A stretch of 64,000 bases of DNA from a virus. Each line of letters begins with the position of its first letter. The stretch's first letter is position 1. The position numbers and the translations under genes are program-made. Below the pieces are notes generated by a model. The model saw only the letters and a list, made by a program, of their open reading frames with translations. It was not told the DNA's origin and made no database searches. The stretch is taken from the IMG/VR virus record IMGVR_UViG_3300036818_000105, positions 60,492 to 124,491 of that record; one strand, given 5' to 3'. Shown piece after piece: positions 62,680 to 64,000 of the stretch.

Positions 62680-63186
62680 TCACAGCGCACCCCCGGCAAC
62701 GGGAACGGTCGCGGTGCGCCTGGCTTGCCGCCGGGGCTTGCGGGCAGCGGACGGGAACAACCCGAGCTGCCCGTCCTCGGCTGGCGCAGGCTCAGCGGCG
62801 ACAGGCCCGTCGGCGCCCGGGGCCGGCCTGCTGCCGCGCCGTCCCCTCTCAGCCTCAAGCCACCGCTCGACGTCCTGCGGCCGGTGCCGGAAGTCGGGGC
62901 ACCCGCAAGGGCACGGGCTCGGCCGGTACTCGTGCGTGACCGGGCCCCTGGGCCAGCAGTGCACGTGCGACGGGCACCCGCAGGCGCACACCTCCCCGGC
63001 TTCCTCCGGTGCCGCGAACGCCTTCAGCTCGCACACCTCAAGGTGGCCGGGGGTCATGGTGGTGTCATGCACCCACGGGTACCCGCCGTAGTCGGGGTCG
63101 GCGGAGTCTGCGAGCCAGGGGCCGTCACCGAGCCAGGCGAACACGCCGCGATCGTGCGGGCAGCGGCCTCTCGTGCAAAAGCTCAC
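62680..63186 (-). CDS. Cys/His-rich hypothetical protein
   Basis: CACGCP...H...C.CGCPDF. Confidence 0.55.
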   Translation of the reverse strand: MSFCTRGRCPHDRGVFAWLGDGPWLADSADPDYGGYPWVHDTTMTPGHLEVCELKAFAAPEEAGEVCACGCPSHVHCWPRGPVTHEYRPSPCPCGCPDFRHRPQDVERWLEAERGRRGSRPAPGADGPVAAEPAPAEDGQLGLFPSAARKPRRQARRTATVPVAGGAL

Positions 63187-63668
63187 GACGCGACCTCCTC
63201 GTCCGCTACTTCCAGCGCGTCTCTCCGGCCGGACCTGCGGATCAGGGAGTCAGCCGAGCGGCACGGCCCTGTCTTGTGCGGCTTGCGCGCGCAGACCCTC
63301 ACCCCGCCGCCCCTGCGGGCCGTCATCCGCTTCCCGCAAAGCTCTTCCGCTGCCGCCGCGTCTCGTGCCGCCCTGTCCTTGCGGGCGGCCTCAAGGCACG
63401 CCTCGCAGGGCTTCTCGCGGTCCCGGTAATGACGCCTCGCGCCTGAGGGCGTGCCGCACCCGGCGGTCCGCGACCGTCCCGGCCTCGCGGGCGCGGTGTC
63501 GGGCATCGAGGCGAGGCGCTGCAACGGCGTCTTGGGAAGGCCCGGGTTCGCGAGTACCTTCTCCGGGCGGCCGCGCGAGGGACGGCCGGAAGTCGCGCCG
63601 TAGACGTAGGGAATGAACTCCGCGCTGTCCGCGAGGCTGCCGGGGCCGAATGCTTTTACGGTCGCCAC
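63183..63668 (-). CDS. Zn-binding phage protein
   Basis: CGT.SG.RRH....EKPCEAC motif. Confidence 0.6.
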   Translation of the reverse strand: MATVKAFGPGSLADSAEFIPYVYGATSGRPSRGRPEKVLANPGLPKTPLQRLASMPDTAPARPGRSRTAGCGTPSGARRHYRDREKPCEACLEAARKDRAARDAAAAEELCGKRMTARRGGGVRVCARKPHKTGPCRSADSLIRRSGRRDALEVADEEVAS

Positions 63669-64000
63669 CGCGGCCTCCCGCCCGGCGCGGCGCACGCCCA
63701 GAAGTGACCGGCGGCATCCCCGAGGAAGCCGCAATCAGGGCAGGCGGGCAGGCGGCCGGGCGGGGTCGCCCGGCTCGCGCCGTCCGCCGCAAGGGCCTCG
63801 AGGGTGGTTCCCAGTACCCGCGCCAGTGCCTCAGCACGTGCTACGGGGATGCGCTGCGCCGCGCTCTCGAACAGGCTCATCGATGACTGAGGGACCCCGG
63901 CCCTCGCGGCGGCCGTTGTCAGCGGCAGGCCCGCGCCCTCCCGGAGCCTCCTGGCGTTCCGCGCGACGTTCCGGGTCTGCTCCCATGACAGCAGCGCCCC
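63656..64000 (-). CDS. XRE HTH protein (5' truncated)
   Basis: Open to the window end: NARRLREGAGL...SMSLFES...LARVLGTT. Confidence 0.7.
   Translation of the reverse strand, partial: GALLSWEQTRNVARNARRLREGAGLPLTTAAARAGVPQSSMSLFESAAQRIPVARAEALARVLGTTLEALAADGASRATPPGRLPACPDCGFLGDAAGHFWACAAPGGRPRWRP

Overview
The window is about 64 kb of a high-GC temperate actinobacteriophage (siphovirus-type), apparently in the excised or virion form because attP is intact. The + strand from 1 to 35.6 kb is the morphogenesis region. It carries head-associated low-complexity proteins (one ending in an ADP-ribosyltransferase domain), a self-contained cassette of two Y RNAs plus a Ro60/TROVE gene, a Mu-type protease/scaffold, a decoration protein, the major capsid protein, head-tail connectors, the tail tube, frameshifted chaperones, a tape measure protein with an SLT domain, minor tail proteins, an HNH-AP2 endonuclease and a second tail-fibre module. 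From 36 to 39.7 kb lie the immunity and integration genes: Xis/BldC-like HTHs, an XRE repressor, a tyrosine integrase, and an attP that carries a replacement 3' end of host msrA. From 40 to 64 kb is a leftward early region of about 55 small genes (HIT, HAD, RyR, 2x DUF397, VWA, HNH-AP2, DNA methyltransferase, HicA-like, and a replication initiator with an internal iteron origin). It also holds an orphan FxSxx-COOH RiPP precursor-like gene, candidate structured ncRNAs and two autoregulated divergent mini-switches. Terminase, portal and endolysin were not recognised and are probably outside the window. All calls are from motif recognition by eye; no searches were run.
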